Positions 7,461 through 16,410 are shown, counted from the first letter of the stretch. The stretch is 32,000 nucleotides of DNA from an uncultured Actinomycetes bacterium (GCA_963843975.1 CAWJMG010000003.1:780001-812000); one strand, 5' to 3'. The notes: generated by a model not told the origin, from the sequence alone. Program-made: numbers and translations.

Positions 7461-10400
7461 TCACCGTCCGAGCGGTTCGGGACCCCTCGGGGGACGCAAC
7501 TGGCGCTGACGATCGCGGGAGTCCGCCTCGCGGTCTCGTCGTGCCGGCAACGGTTCGCGCACGACCACCATCGTGGGGTCATCCGGGTCGCCGGCGAGGT
7601 TGGGGTCGCGGTAGGGCTCATTGGCGCGTCGCTCCCAGCGGCTGCGCCGATCTCGACTCTCGGACAGAGCGGTCGCCTCCTGCTCGCGCGCGCTGCCGTC
7701 GACGACGCCGGCCGCGGTGTCCACGGCGGTTTCGGCGCGGGCCAGCCACTCGCTGGCTGCGCCGACAGTCAGCTGCGCCGTAGCCAGCTCGGTCGCGAGC
7801 TCCCGGCGGCGCCGTCGCGACCACACCGGAAGCCCATCGAGCTCGGCGCTGAGCCGCACGGTCTCCGCGCGCAGCGGGTCGAGCCTGGTCCGCTGCCGGT
7901 CACGCTCGGCGACAGCCTCCTTCAACCGGCTCTCAGCTCGACGGTGCGCGACCGGCGGTTCCGGTGTCAGCCGGGCCGCCTCGGTCGCGTCAAACAGTGC
8001 GGCTCGCGCGTCATCCACGGCGGGAGCGAGCAGGCTATGCGCCGCGCGCTCCCGACCCGTCGTGGTCAAGGCGCGGGCGAGCTGGTCGATCGCCTCTGCA
8101 ATCTCGGGGCTCGCTGGCATTTCCGACCGGACCTGCTGGTCGTCGTGCGGATTTGCGTGGGCGGTCGATAGCGCTGCCCGGTCAGCCGACGGCGCGGGTG
8201 GGTGGTGCGGGCCGGCATCGACCGCTGCGGCCTCGAGGGTGGTGTGGATGTGGTTCTCCAACCGGCCGCGGGTCATGGCGACGTAGAGATGCTCACGATC
8301 CAACCCCGAACGGGCGAGAGTGACGGCGACGTCGGTGGTGGCGCCCTGCGCGGCATCGATGGTCGCCGCCCATCCGTACTCGGTGTGCCGGGCCAGGTAG
8401 GCGGTCGGAATCGTGGTCGTGCCGCGGCCGGCGAGATCCGCCACGACCAGGCCGCTGCCGTCGGCGCTGGTCGCGAGGACCTGGAAGCGGTCGCCGTTGC
8501 GGACGCTGTCTACTCCGAGGTGCAGTGCGGGGGTGTTCTTCTTGGCCATGATCACGTCCCCGGCGCGCCAGTCCCGCAGCTCGGGGCGCCCGCGGGTGCT
8601 GGCCGTGCGCGCCGTCACCATCAGCAAGGCCGGGCCGGTGACCTGACCGGTCGCGATCGCGACGGCACGTGCCCGGGCGTTCAGCGCCGTGACGTCGCTC
8701 CAACCGCGGGCCAGCATCAGCGCATCCCGCCCTCCGGTGACGGCCTGGTGCCAGCGGTCGAACACCGCGTCGGCTGCGTCGTCGCTCGTCGCGGCGGGAT
8801 GGATCCGCCCGTGGGCGGCATACACCTGCAGGATGTCGGGGTCGCCGGCTCGTAGCGCGAGTGTGGCGGCGGCTTCCCACGCGTGCGCGAACCGGTGCAG
8901 CCCTTCGAGTTCGATCACCCGTGCCGGGATAAGCCCGGTGAGGTGCTCGAGCATGCCGCCCGGCGCGCGGATCGCCCCGATCTGGGCGGGGTCGCCCACC
9001 AGCACCAGCCGCGCCCCCACCGCCGCTGCTCGGGTGGTGAGGGCGGCGAGGTCGGCGGTGGCGAGCATCGACGCCTCGTCGACCAGCATCACGTCGCCGC
9101 GCCGCAGACGCCTTTCGTCGAGGCCGCGCACAGGGTTTCTGCTCTGCGGTTCGTCGAGGGCGGCCTGCTGGGTCAGGAACCGCGCCACCGTCGCCCCGGA
9201 CCGCCCGGTCGCTGCGGCGAGCTCGGTCGCGGCCCGCGCCGACGGGCCGAGGGCCAGCACGCGCTCCCCCGCCGCGGACCAGCCCGCCACCGCGGCCCCA
9301 AGCACGGTGGTCTTGCCCGCCCCGGCCGGTGCCACCATCACCGTCACCAGATCCCGGGAGGAAACCAGCCGAACCGCCGCCACCTGCTGCTCCGCCGACA
9401 GCCCGCGCTCCAGAATCGGCTGCAGGACCGTGGGCGGGAGGCGCCGAGGCGGGCGTAGCCCGTCCAGGACCGCCTCGATGATCTTGGCCTCGGTCTCGAC
9501 GACCTCGCGCGAGGCGAACCGGGCGTCCGACGCCCGCGCCGTCGCCCCCGACGGGTCCGCACCCAGACCGACAGCACCCGCAGCGGAATCAGTCAGGGCC
9601 CGCGCGGTCAGGGCCTCGATCATCACGGCAGCCTCGTGCCCGTTGCGCGGCGATCCCGTTCCGATCGCGGGCAGCCGGGCAGCGATGTGCACGGTGAGAT
9701 CGGCCGCCGACCAGATCGCACCGGTTCGCCCGACCGCTGTCACCGCGTCCGTCAGCACCGCGAGCGGGTCCCCGTCCGGTCCCACGCCGGGGCCGCTTGG
9801 GGCATCGGCTCCCGCGCCGAGCTGCTGCCGTCGCGCACTGACAGAGAGTTCGGCTCCCGCAGCGCCCGCGCCCTGGTTGGTGACGGTCTCCGTGACAGTC
9901 GCGACCGCCTCTGTGACGGTGGTGACGGACTCCGTGACGGTCGCGACGGTGCTGGGCTCGCGAGCGTCGGGTGTGGTGACGGCGGTCACGGCCGTCGCGA
10001 CAGTGCCAGTGCCAGCGACGGGCCCGTGAGCGTCGGACGGGGTGACGGATTCGGTGACGGACTCCACGACGGCTGCCAGCGGCGGCCGGCGAAGCGTCGC
10101 TTGCAGCCGGGTGCTGGTCCAACCGAGCGCGGCGGCCTGATCCCGCCACCGCGACCGCAGCACCGTCGCGGGCACGTGGTCGTCCTTGGGCGGGCGCGTG
10201 GCCAGGACCGCGGTCTTGATGATCCGCGCCCGCTCCGCGGCCGTCACCGGCCGCCCCAGCGCCTCCTCCGCGTCCGCGAGTGTCGGGACCGCGTCGGCCA
10301 TCACCGCTGCCGTGCGGGTCGACCACGCCACGAGGAGCTCGTCGGGGACGCCGGCGATCTCGGCCTGCCCGTGCTCGCTGACCGGCCCGAACACCATCCC

Positions 10401-11126
10401 CAGACGTGTGCCGAGCTCGGCGCGCAGCGCGGCCTGGTAGAGCGCGCCGGCGGCCTTCTTGTGATGGAAGACCTCGTAGCCGTCGATGGTGCGCCACACC
10501 CCGTCGCTGCAGCGGACCTTGTTCACCACCAGCGTGTGCGTGTGCAGCTGAGGGTCCCCGGTGCGTGAGGTTGTGTGCTCGAACAGCGCCGCCGCGTACC
10601 CGGCCGTCGCGATCTGCTCCGCGCCGTCGCGGCCCCGCCTTGAGAAGGACGCATGCACCTCCAGGAACCCCAGCGCAGCACTCACAGCCTCGGTGTGCGC
10701 GGCTCGCACCTGCGCAGCAGTCGCGTCATCGGCCAACGCCCACAGCGCCGACACCGACTTGGGGGCCGAGAAGGTCAGGTCGTGCCCTGTCACGGCGTCC
10801 GAACGCCATGCCCGGCCCAGCGCCGCACCTGTGGCCGGGTTCAGGCCTCGCGCGAACAGAGCCTCCAGCTCCCGCTCGTCGACCTCCGCTCCGGCCGTCA
10901 AGCCCAGCTCGGGCAGTCCGGCACCGTGCCAACGGCCGGGCGCGTTGCCACCTTCCGCGTAGTACTCGCACGCACCTCGCGCCACCGAGTCCTGGTAGTA
11001 GCGCCACGACGAGCGGCCGATCTTGGCACTGGACAGCACCAACAACCACCACCCGACAGAATGCACTAGAATCCGGAAACACGTTGCGCTGCAATCGATC
11101 TGGACGGTAACAGGGCTCTCCGACAA
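7461..11126 (-). CDS. MobF-family conjugative relaxase (TrwC/TraA-like) fused to a RecD-like helicase
   Basis: 1221-aa ORF; the more likely start is GTG at 11039 (VLSSAKIGRSSWRYYQDSVA). Relaxase His-triad block: FEHTTSRTGDPQLHTHTLVVNKV. Helicase blocks: Walker A VMVAPAGAGKTTVLG, Walker B DVMLVDEASML, LVLVGDPAQIGAI, and AATIDAAQGATTD...LYVAMTRGR. Confidence 0.92.
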   Translation of the reverse strand: MSESPVTVQIDCSATCFRILVHSVGWWLLVLSSAKIGRSSWRYYQDSVARGACEYYAEGGNAPGRWHGAGLPELGLTAGAEVDERELEALFARGLNPATGAALGRAWRSDAVTGHDLTFSAPKSVSALWALADDATAAQVRAAHTEAVSAALGFLEVHASFSRRGRDGAEQIATAGYAAALFEHTTSRTGDPQLHTHTLVVNKVRCSDGVWRTIDGYEVFHHKKAAGALYQAALRAELGTRLGMVFGPVSEHGQAEIAGVPDELLVAWSTRTAAVMADAVPTLADAEEALGRPVTAAERARIIKTAVLATRPPKDDHVPATVLRSRWRDQAAALGWTSTRLQATLRRPPLAAVVESVTESVTPSDAHGPVAGTGTVATAVTAVTTPDAREPSTVATVTESVTTVTEAVATVTETVTNQGAGAAGAELSVSARRQQLGAGADAPSGPGVGPDGDPLAVLTDAVTAVGRTGAIWSAADLTVHIAARLPAIGTGSPRNGHEAAVMIEALTARALTDSAAGAVGLGADPSGATARASDARFASREVVETEAKIIEAVLDGLRPPRRLPPTVLQPILERGLSAEQQVAAVRLVSSRDLVTVMVAPAGAGKTTVLGAAVAGWSAAGERVLALGPSARAATELAAATGRSGATVARFLTQQAALDEPQSRNPVRGLDERRLRRGDVMLVDEASMLATADLAALTTRAAAVGARLVLVGDPAQIGAIRAPGGMLEHLTGLIPARVIELEGLHRFAHAWEAAATLALRAGDPDILQVYAAHGRIHPAATSDDAADAVFDRWHQAVTGGRDALMLARGWSDVTALNARARAVAIATGQVTGPALLMVTARTASTRGRPELRDWRAGDVIMAKKNTPALHLGVDSVRNGDRFQVLATSADGSGLVVADLAGRGTTTIPTAYLARHTEYGWAATIDAAQGATTDVAVTLARSGLDREHLYVAMTRGRLENHIHTTLEAAAVDAGPHHPPAPSADRAALSTAHANPHDDQQVRSEMPASPEIAEAIDQLARALTTTGRERAAHSLLAPAVDDARAALFDATEAARLTPEPPVAHRRAESRLKEAVAERDRQRTRLDPLRAETVRLSAELDGLPVWSRRRRRELATELATAQLTVGAASEWLARAETAVDTAAGVVDGSAREQEATALSESRDRRSRWERRANEPYRDPNLAGDPDDPTMVVVREPLPARRDREADSRDRQRQLRPPRGPEPLGR

Positions 11127-11389
11127 TGCACATGTCTGCAGCCGATCTCTCGAGGCCTTACGCAGGGAGGTCGACGAGAGACCTAGGCCGGTGGAGTCTT
11201 CGACCCGTTGAGCTTGCCCGGATCTTGCCCCCGTGCGCGAGCTTGCTGGTCAATCGAGGGAGGCGTCATGGGAGCCCGCCACGTCCCGACGCCTGGTGCA
11301 ATTCCGGGCCTGCCTCCTGAACGTTGAGAGGCCATCGTGTGAAGCTTCTTGAGAACCCGACAAGGAACTCGTGAAGGGAACTACACACG

Positions 11390-11999
11390 ATGTCCTTGTC
11401 CCAGAACGCCCTGCTCGAACTGCTCTGCGCTCTGGACGCCGCCAATGGCCCAAAACGGGTCGGCCTGTCGCAGCAGCGGATGGATCAGGAACTGATCGAG
11501 GCCGAAGCAACCGAGTGCATCGGTGCCGGCCCGCACGAGCGCGGGGGATCTGGAGCGGGCGATCCCCAAGCTGCAGGCGGGGTCGTTCTTCCCGTGCCTG
11601 CTCGAGCGGCGCCGCCGGCTCGACCAGGCGTTGTTAGCGGTGGTGATGGAGGCCGTAAGTCACCGAAAGCACCGTCCGCAAGGTCGACGACCTGGTGAGG
11701 GCGGCTGGAGCGGGTGAACAAGGAGATCAAGCCTCGCACCGACCTCGTCGGGGTCTCCCCCAACCCGGCCGCCTTGCTGCGCCTGGCCGGCAGCGTTCTC
11801 ATCAAGACCCACGACGAATGGCCGGTCTTCGACCGCCGCCACATCTCCGGAGGATCCATGGCCCAGATCGGTGCCATCCACCCCGACGCGAGCAAGGAAG
11901 GGCGGTCCCCGACCTCATGGCCTCAAGATCTGAACCATCACCACCGCGAAGCCGATCACGACGGCCTCAACTTGCACCACGCGGCGGGACGTGACCTCT
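11390..11999 (+). pseudogene. IS256-family (Mutator-like) transposase relic, with frameshifts and the DDE core deleted
   Basis: Fragments lie in three frames: QELIEAEATECIGAGPHERG (frame of 11390), DLERAIPKLQAGSFFPCLLERRRRLDQALLAVVMEA (frame of 11523), and STVRKVDDLV (third frame). These join directly to the C-terminal block VNKEIKPRTDLVGVSPNPAALLRLAGSVLIKTHDEWPVFDRRHISGGSMAQI (11714 onward). Roughly 300 central codons of a normal IS256 transposase are absent. Confidence 0.8.
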
Positions 12000-12102
12000 G
12001 CGTGGGCCAACCCCTCAGCAGGACTATTGATCCTTGGGTTGGCGTGGCGCTACCTTCAACAGGGTCCGCGGTGTCGCAACTAGTGGAGCGGGGGAGGGCC
12101 AG

Positions 12103-12573
12103 ATGAGGCGAAGGCTTTCATTATTCGCAGCAATTGTGCTGGTTGTCGGTCTCGTCGGCCTCTCAGGGACGGCTCCTGCCAGTGCGGCGTCATGCTCAGG
12201 TTCTCAGATCGAGCATCTTGCAGAAGTGGACTCCGGGACTAACTACGGCTACCTCGACGTCTATTGGAACTCCAGCACAGGAAAGAACTGCGCGCGCAAC
12301 AACAAGACGCATTTCTACGGCACTCCGTCGTTCACCTACGCGTACATCTCGGTTTGCAGCGAGACGGTGGAGGGCGGGCGTTGCACGCGGACGGCGTATC
12401 AGCAGGATCCTCCGAACGGCAGCACCCCATGGTTCAGCTACTACGCAGGACCCGTCTCTGTCTCCGCAGTGAATCACTGCATCTTCGCCTTCGGTGAGAC
12501 CAGCGTCAGCAGTACGTCGGTTCCTTGGACAGCTTCGGCTGCAACCAGCCCCTTCGCGTCTCACTGCAGTTGA
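12103..12573 (+). CDS. small secreted cysteine-rich protein (possibly SapA-like)
   Basis: 156 aa from ATG 12103, with a GGAGCGGGGGAGGG RBS-like run upstream. Signal peptide MRRRLSLFAAIVLVVGLVGLSGTAPASA. The mature part has six Cys. YWNSSTGKNCA and YYAGPVSVSAVNHC recall Streptomyces spore-associated protein A-like proteins (from memory, unverified). Codon usage is lower in G+C. Confidence 0.7.
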   Translation: MRRRLSLFAAIVLVVGLVGLSGTAPASAASCSGSQIEHLAEVDSGTNYGYLDVYWNSSTGKNCARNNKTHFYGTPSFTYAYISVCSETVEGGRCTRTAYQQDPPNGSTPWFSYYAGPVSVSAVNHCIFAFGETSVSSTSVPWTASAATSPFASHCS

Positions 12574-12587
12574 TTTCGGGGGTACTG

Positions 12588-13202
12588 ATGAAGCGTGTGG
12601 GCAGTGGCAACGCCTCGCTCGTCGTCGTGATCACCGCTAGCGTGCTTGCGGTTGTCGGATTGTGGACCGTTTCCAGTAACTCCCGTCCTCAGGAAGTTCT
12701 TGGAACGTCGGCAAAGCCCGCGGCGGCCAGCGGTGGCTCCCCATCCGGCGAATCACGGACCACGACGCAGGTGGTGGCAGTGGGTGAGGCAGTGCCCATC
12801 GGCACATCCGGCGCGGAACTGGTCTTGACCGCCACGACAGCGTGCATTCGGCCAGCCAAGGCCACGCCACCAATCGTCGCCAAGGACATCCCAGAGGGCT
12901 GCTTCAGCGTCGACGACAAGAACCTAGATCTCGCCGCAAATAGGTTCACGGCCACCTCATACGGGTCGGGCGAGTGGGCCGTTGTTTATGGCATCGCCGG
13001 CCCCGAAGCAGTCAGCCTGAAGGCGTGGAACAGGGCAGGCTCTGCCGACGGATCCATCGTGTCGACTGGGGCAGGAGATTGGGTGGCGTTCTACGCGGTT
13101 CTGCCGTTCGAGGAGTTCGTGGCAGACGCCGAGCACCCCGTGCCTCCGCGCGACAATGTCGAGGTGTACGACTCAGCTGGGCGCGTCCTGACGCGGAACT
13201 GA
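12588..13202 (+). CDS. membrane-anchored/secreted hypothetical protein
   Basis: 204 aa from ATG 12588, 15 nt after the previous stop. An N-terminal hydrophobic segment (ASLVVVITASVLAVVGLWTV) is followed by a Ser/Ala/Gly/Thr-rich linker and a ~130-aa domain. I recognise no family. Confidence 0.65.
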   Translation: MKRVGSGNASLVVVITASVLAVVGLWTVSSNSRPQEVLGTSAKPAAASGGSPSGESRTTTQVVAVGEAVPIGTSGAELVLTATTACIRPAKATPPIVAKDIPEGCFSVDDKNLDLAANRFTATSYGSGEWAVVYGIAGPEAVSLKAWNRAGSADGSIVSTGAGDWVAFYAVLPFEEFVADAEHPVPPRDNVEVYDSAGRVLTRN

Positions 13203-13454
13203 TGTTGGCGTTATAACACCCGACGGCGGCGCGAGGTGGGTCGGCCAAGGGCTCGTGCGCCTGCCCCGCCGGCCCTTTCGGGCCAGAGGACCCGAACTTG
13301 AGGACCCCTGCACGTAGCGCGGAACAGCGGCGTTACTCATCAGCGGTCGCCCCTAGCTGACGAGGCGTTTCGACCGAACTCGGGGTGCCTTAGCAACCGA
13401 TCTGACTCGCGTGCCGACGAGTCGCCGCTCTTGCTCGCGACGGAACGCCGCGCA

Positions 13455-13519
13455 TGGTCACACAACTGGTCACGGTCCGCCGGGCGTCTTCGGACACGTG
13501 CCGACATCAGACCGTGACA
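13455..13519 (+). promoter_or_regulatory. internal third copy of the TGGTCAC-N5-TGGTCAC repeat pair plus inverted GTGACA
   Basis: TGGTCAC (13455-13461), spacer ACAAC, TGGTCAC (13467-13473), and GTGACA at 13514-13519. It lies in a 735-bp non-coding gap in the middle of the island. Confidence 0.5.
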
Positions 13520-13937
13520 GCGGCAACGTTGTGCTGGGCGTTAGCCAGCTCGGCGGGTGCGAGCCCGGTAGTGCATTGGCTTTGCTCCCCGGACAAGTGG
13601 CGCAAGCGGGCAACTGGCGGCGGCCGGTCATCAATCATCGGCCCGATGTGTGAAAGCGCCTCGGCCTTGCCCAAAGCACGAACGGACACCCCGTTCAAGT
13701 GAGTGGTAACAAGCGCCCAACACATGGGCAATGAGCCGGTCTTTCCAGCAAGCACCCCGCAACAGGCACGCGGACGCTCTCGGCGTCATCGTCACTCGCC
13801 CACGCTGGGCGCGGTCCGCTGCTCAATGCTTGACCGCGGACGCGAATCTCCCTAGTTTCGTACCACTACGGGGGGCTCGATTCACTTCAGCAAGAACGGC
13901 TTGCTGGCTCCATCCCCCTGAGATGAGGGGAGAAGCC

Positions 13938-14381
13938 ATGAAGCGCGGCATCGCTGCAATCTTCGCTTCCATGGTGATAGCGCTTGCCCTTGCTCAGCCG
14001 GCTCAAGCGGAGGGCAGTTGGACGAGTTATTGGTCCTATGTCTTGACGGGCAAGGACACTCGAACGTGGACAGATGGCAACACTGATTCGGTGGGCACGA
14101 TCACGTCGTTCCGCGACTGCCACTTCTACAACAACACGCCGAGCACCTTCAGGAACATTCAGGTGCAGCTGACCTATGAGAATACGTTCAGTCCCGACGA
14201 GAACATGGGCCAAGTCGTCTACAACTGCGGCAGCTCAACGGTGTGGCAGGTGTACAACTATGGGCGGGTCAAGGCAGGCAACTACCACGAGACGCTGATC
14301 TTTGTTAACGGCACGCCCACGCCGCCCAACCGCCTCGACGTAGGTACGGCATCGGCACCTGGCATCAAGGTCTCATATTGA
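13938..14381 (+). CDS. secreted hypothetical protein (first gene of the cargo ABC operon)
   Basis: 147 aa from ATG 13938, with GAGGGGAGAAG RBS-like sequence upstream. Signal peptide MKRGIAAIFASMVIALALAQPAQA, then a mature part starting EGSW. The mature domain is rich in W/Y/N/T, has two Cys, and matches no family I recognise. Its stop TGA 14379-14381 overlaps the TTG start of the next gene. Confidence 0.7.
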   Translation: MKRGIAAIFASMVIALALAQPAQAEGSWTSYWSYVLTGKDTRTWTDGNTDSVGTITSFRDCHFYNNTPSTFRNIQVQLTYENTFSPDENMGQVVYNCGSSTVWQVYNYGRVKAGNYHETLIFVNGTPTPPNRLDVGTASAPGIKVSY

Positions 14382-15139
14382 GATCGTCCACCTCATACGA
14401 AGGATCGCCCGGCGCGTCCGATGAGCGCCGGGCGATTCTCTTCCAAGACGTGTCGTTCTCCTACGGACGAACGATCGTATTCCAACAGTTCTCATGCGAG
14501 TTCCCCGTTGGGCGAACCTTGCTGCTGGGCCCAAACGGCGCTGGAAAGTCGACCTTGCTGCGACTCGCGGTGGGCCTTGCACGGTGCAGCGCCGGGACTC
14601 TTGTTCCTTCGCCAGATGCGTCGATCGGATACATGTCGCAACAGATTCGCCCTCTTGGAGGGTTGTCGGTTCGTGAACAGGTCGCTTACTGCGGATGGCT
14701 GAAGGGCCTTGACAAGCGGACAGCGCTTACCGAAGCGGCGCTGGCTCTCGAACGAGTGGACTTGGCTGGCGTGGCCTCCACCCAATCCACACGACTGTCC
14801 GGGGGTCAGATCAGACGCCTGGGCCTGGCTCAGTCGCTCGTAGGTTCACCCGCCTGGCTGCTGTTGGATGAGCCGACTGCCGGTCTCGACCCGGACCAGC
14901 GTGATCGTTTTGCGCGCTTGATCGGCGAACTCGACATCCCCGTTGTTGTTGCGACGCACCAGGTTGAGGGCATCGAATCCCTCTTTGACCACGTCATCGT
15001 GCTGTTGGCCGGTCGTGCGCCCTACGCCGCGGCAGTCACTGACTTTCTGGCCCTTGACAGCAGCCGTCGAGGCGATGCGGTCACGGCCTACCGCGCGGCA
15101 TGCGCGATTGTCGAATCGCGTCCGGGGCTCGTCGCCTGA
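14378..15139 (+). CDS. ABC transporter ATP-binding protein
   Basis: 253 aa. Walker A GPNGAGKST, signature LSGGQIRR, Walker B WLLLDEPTAGLD, H-loop VVATHQ. The TTG start overlaps the upstream stop (TTGA). Confidence 0.9.
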   Translation: MRSSTSYEGSPGASDERRAILFQDVSFSYGRTIVFQQFSCEFPVGRTLLLGPNGAGKSTLLRLAVGLARCSAGTLVPSPDASIGYMSQQIRPLGGLSVREQVAYCGWLKGLDKRTALTEAALALERVDLAGVASTQSTRLSGGQIRRLGLAQSLVGSPAWLLLDEPTAGLDPDQRDRFARLIGELDIPVVVATHQVEGIESLFDHVIVLLAGRAPYAAAVTDFLALDSSRRGDAVTAYRAACAIVESRPGLVA

Positions 15140-16410
15140 TGCGTCTTCGAAGTGCTGCGTGGTTCGCCTTCCTGTGGCTCACGCTTCCCCTCGCGGCCAT
15201 TGGTGGTCAACTCTTTCTCGGGTCAACGTTTCCAACGGGTACCGGCTACGGCATATCCGAGAACATTCGCGCATACGGTGCCCTGGTCCTGATTGCCCCG
15301 GTGGTGGCATTGGGCGGCGCGCTAACCGGCGGCCGACTCCGGCGATCCGGATTGCTGCAGCACTCGGGTCCCCACCGACGTGGGGCGTCGCGCGTCTGGT
15401 TCAACCTTGCAGCGCTCCCTGTTGTGGCGTTCTCTGCGCTCCTCTGGGCCCTGATGGCATCCGCAGCCGCCTCATCCGGCTCGAGCTATCCGCTCCTCGA
15501 CCCGCGGCTGGCTGTCGCTGCGGCGCTGCAGTCGGCCGCCTACGTGCTGCTCGGTTTGGCATTGGGCAGCAATCTTCCGTCAGTCATGGCAGTCCCCGTT
15601 GCACTCGTTTTGCCCTATGTCCTCATCGCCTTTCCCCCCGCGCTGAGCACCTATTGGATCAGGCACGTCACCGGCATATCCAACAACTGCTGCTGGATCT
15701 ACGAGGATTTGCCCAGTCGTGCGCTGGGTGCGCACCTAGCCTTCTCTCTGTCGCTGGCGCTTGCTGCGGCGGCCGCCCTTCCGGCCTGGAACGCGCGCGC
15801 CAACGTCACTCGGGCGCTCCTCCTGACCCTTGCCTCTGTGTCCCTTCTGACTGCCTTCCTCTCAGCTCAGATCTTTGGCCCATCAGCCAGCGAAAGTAGG
15901 GCCGGGGCTCCCGATTGCAGCTCCGCCTCGGGTGTTGAGTTGTGCTTGTGGTCCGAGCACGAGAAGAACCGGAGCGAAGCTGAACAAGTTCTCCAGCGAA
16001 TCCTCAGCCAAGCTGCCGGCGTTGACATCCCCGACAGGTTTACAGAGTTGGATCCGGGTCTAGTCCGTTGGCCATCAAGCTCATGGGACGCGTCGTCCGG
16101 GAGCAGAGAGAAGTTGCTTGCGGGTGCCGTCTCAGCCTTGTTTCCGGCGACACAGTGCACCGAACAGGGAACTAGCGGTTTGGGGACGGCGAGTCCGCAG
16201 CAAGGCCCCGACGATGGGCCAATAGTCAGGGCGTGGTGGAGCGGACGACTCGGTCTTGATGTCGAAGAGGCCCTCACTGCGGGCGGCGCGACCGATGAGC
16301 AGCGCGAAAGCCTTGCGAAGATCGTTGCGCTGACCTTGCCGGAGCAGAAGGACGCCATCAACACCCTGGTGCAGCGGGCCGCTCGAGTCTGTTCAGGTAC
16401 CGTCAATTGA
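15139..16410 (+). CDS. polytopic membrane protein with a C-terminal hydrophilic Cys-containing domain (putative atypical ABC permease partner)
   Basis: 423 aa from ATG 15139, overlapping the ATPase stop by 1 nt (TGATG). The first ~255 aa contain about six hydrophobic segments, followed by ~170 aa of hydrophilic sequence with four Cys. I recognise no family. Confidence 0.7.
   Translation: MRLRSAAWFAFLWLTLPLAAIGGQLFLGSTFPTGTGYGISENIRAYGALVLIAPVVALGGALTGGRLRRSGLLQHSGPHRRGASRVWFNLAALPVVAFSALLWALMASAAASSGSSYPLLDPRLAVAAALQSAAYVLLGLALGSNLPSVMAVPVALVLPYVLIAFPPALSTYWIRHVTGISNNCCWIYEDLPSRALGAHLAFSLSLALAAAAALPAWNARANVTRALLLTLASVSLLTAFLSAQIFGPSASESRAGAPDCSSASGVELCLWSEHEKNRSEAEQVLQRILSQAAGVDIPDRFTELDPGLVRWPSSSWDASSGSREKLLAGAVSALFPATQCTEQGTSGLGTASPQQGPDDGPIVRAWWSGRLGLDVEEALTAGGATDEQRESLAKIVALTLPEQKDAINTLVQRAARVCSGTVN

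Noticed and set aside
7331-7621. N-terminal 97-aa extension of the xis ORF (track 7112..7621)
   Set aside because: The extension overlaps the relaxase 3' end and is Pro/Arg/Cys-rich. The excisionase-family HTH begins right after the internal ATG at 7330.
7621-11110. Several + strand ORFs (7621..8286, 8202..8855, 8689..10029, 9636..10568, 10406..11110) opposite the relaxase
   Set aside because: All are low-complexity shadows of the 1221-aa relaxase-helicase gene, which has clear motifs.
11300-12060. Terminal inverted repeats of the IS256 relic
   Set aside because: Only weak resemblance exists between GTTGAGAGGCCATCG (~11324) and the reverse complement of ~12044-12062. This is insufficient to define IS ends.
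13454-13702. ORFs starting MVTQLVTV (13454) and MVTDAPAAT (17082..17486)
   Set aside because: Their ATGGTCAC starts are the TGGTCAC repeat units themselves. The translations are not protein-like, so they are treated as DNA-level repeats rather than genes.
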